The translations under genes were made by a program, and so were the position numbers. A stretch of 64,000 nucleotides of DNA from positions 115,258,001 to 115,322,000 of the forward strand of contig NC_043001.1 in assembly GCF_006345805.1 (NCBI RefSeq), read 5' to 3'. Numbering within the stretch: position 1 is the first letter of the stretch; each line of letters starts with the position of its first letter. Source of the DNA: Octopus sinensis (lineage: Eukaryota). Below are positions 63,584 to 64,000 of this stretch, in pieces. The notes below the pieces were generated by a model. It did no database searches. It was not told the origin of the DNA and saw only the letters and a list, made by a program, of their open reading frames with translations.

Positions 63584-64000
63584 CATACATATGTATATAC
63601 ACACACACATACACACACAACACAACAACACAACATTATATATATATATATAATATAATATATATATATATATATATAATATATATATTGGCTCGAGCAA
63701 TGTGTAAAGAGATATAAAGTACGCATATGATAAAAAAATTCATATTTTAGTATACATGAATATATACATATGTGATGCGTATATTTGAATACGTGTGCGC
63801 TTGTATGGATGCATGCATATGTGAGTATTTATTTATGACTATATGTGTATGCATATAATATACAGATACACACACATACACATATATATATACATATACA
63901 CACACATATGTATAGATGTAAATATATATATACATATATATTTGCCAATCTATGTATATATAGATATAAATATATATGTGTATGTATGTGTACATATCTA

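Overview
AT-rich, microsatellite-dense eukaryotic intergenic or intronic DNA. It is most likely octopus (inference from repeat families and composition). No intact protein-coding gene is supportable, and most of the supplied ORFs are microsatellite artefacts. Solid content: (1) an apparently intact 7SL/SRP RNA gene at 50600-50896, with a TATA box at -29 and a poly-T terminator; (2) many tRNA-derived SINEs of at least four families; (3) decayed transposons: a near-full-length DD37D (maT-type) Tc1/mariner, a hAT remnant, two CR1-type LINE fragments, an L1/Tx1-like ORF1 with a CCHC knuckle, two Penelope-like (PLE) GIY-YIG fragments, pogo-like and mariner MITEs, and Helitron-like elements. The most interesting signal is a dense set of type I hammerhead ribozyme (HHR) motifs in short non-coding elements next to (TA)n tracts. 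Two have fully canonical cores (8196-8262 and 62260-62350, both minus strand). One is a 185-nt-period tandem dimer (13631-13969) resembling a retrozyme or PLE pseudo-LTR. About ten more are degenerate, and several of these sit in the loop of long fold-back inverted repeats. A young SINE subfamily also appears to insert at GGTAT sites, including the one in its own head, building head-less tandem arrays. All structures were folded by eye and no database search was run.
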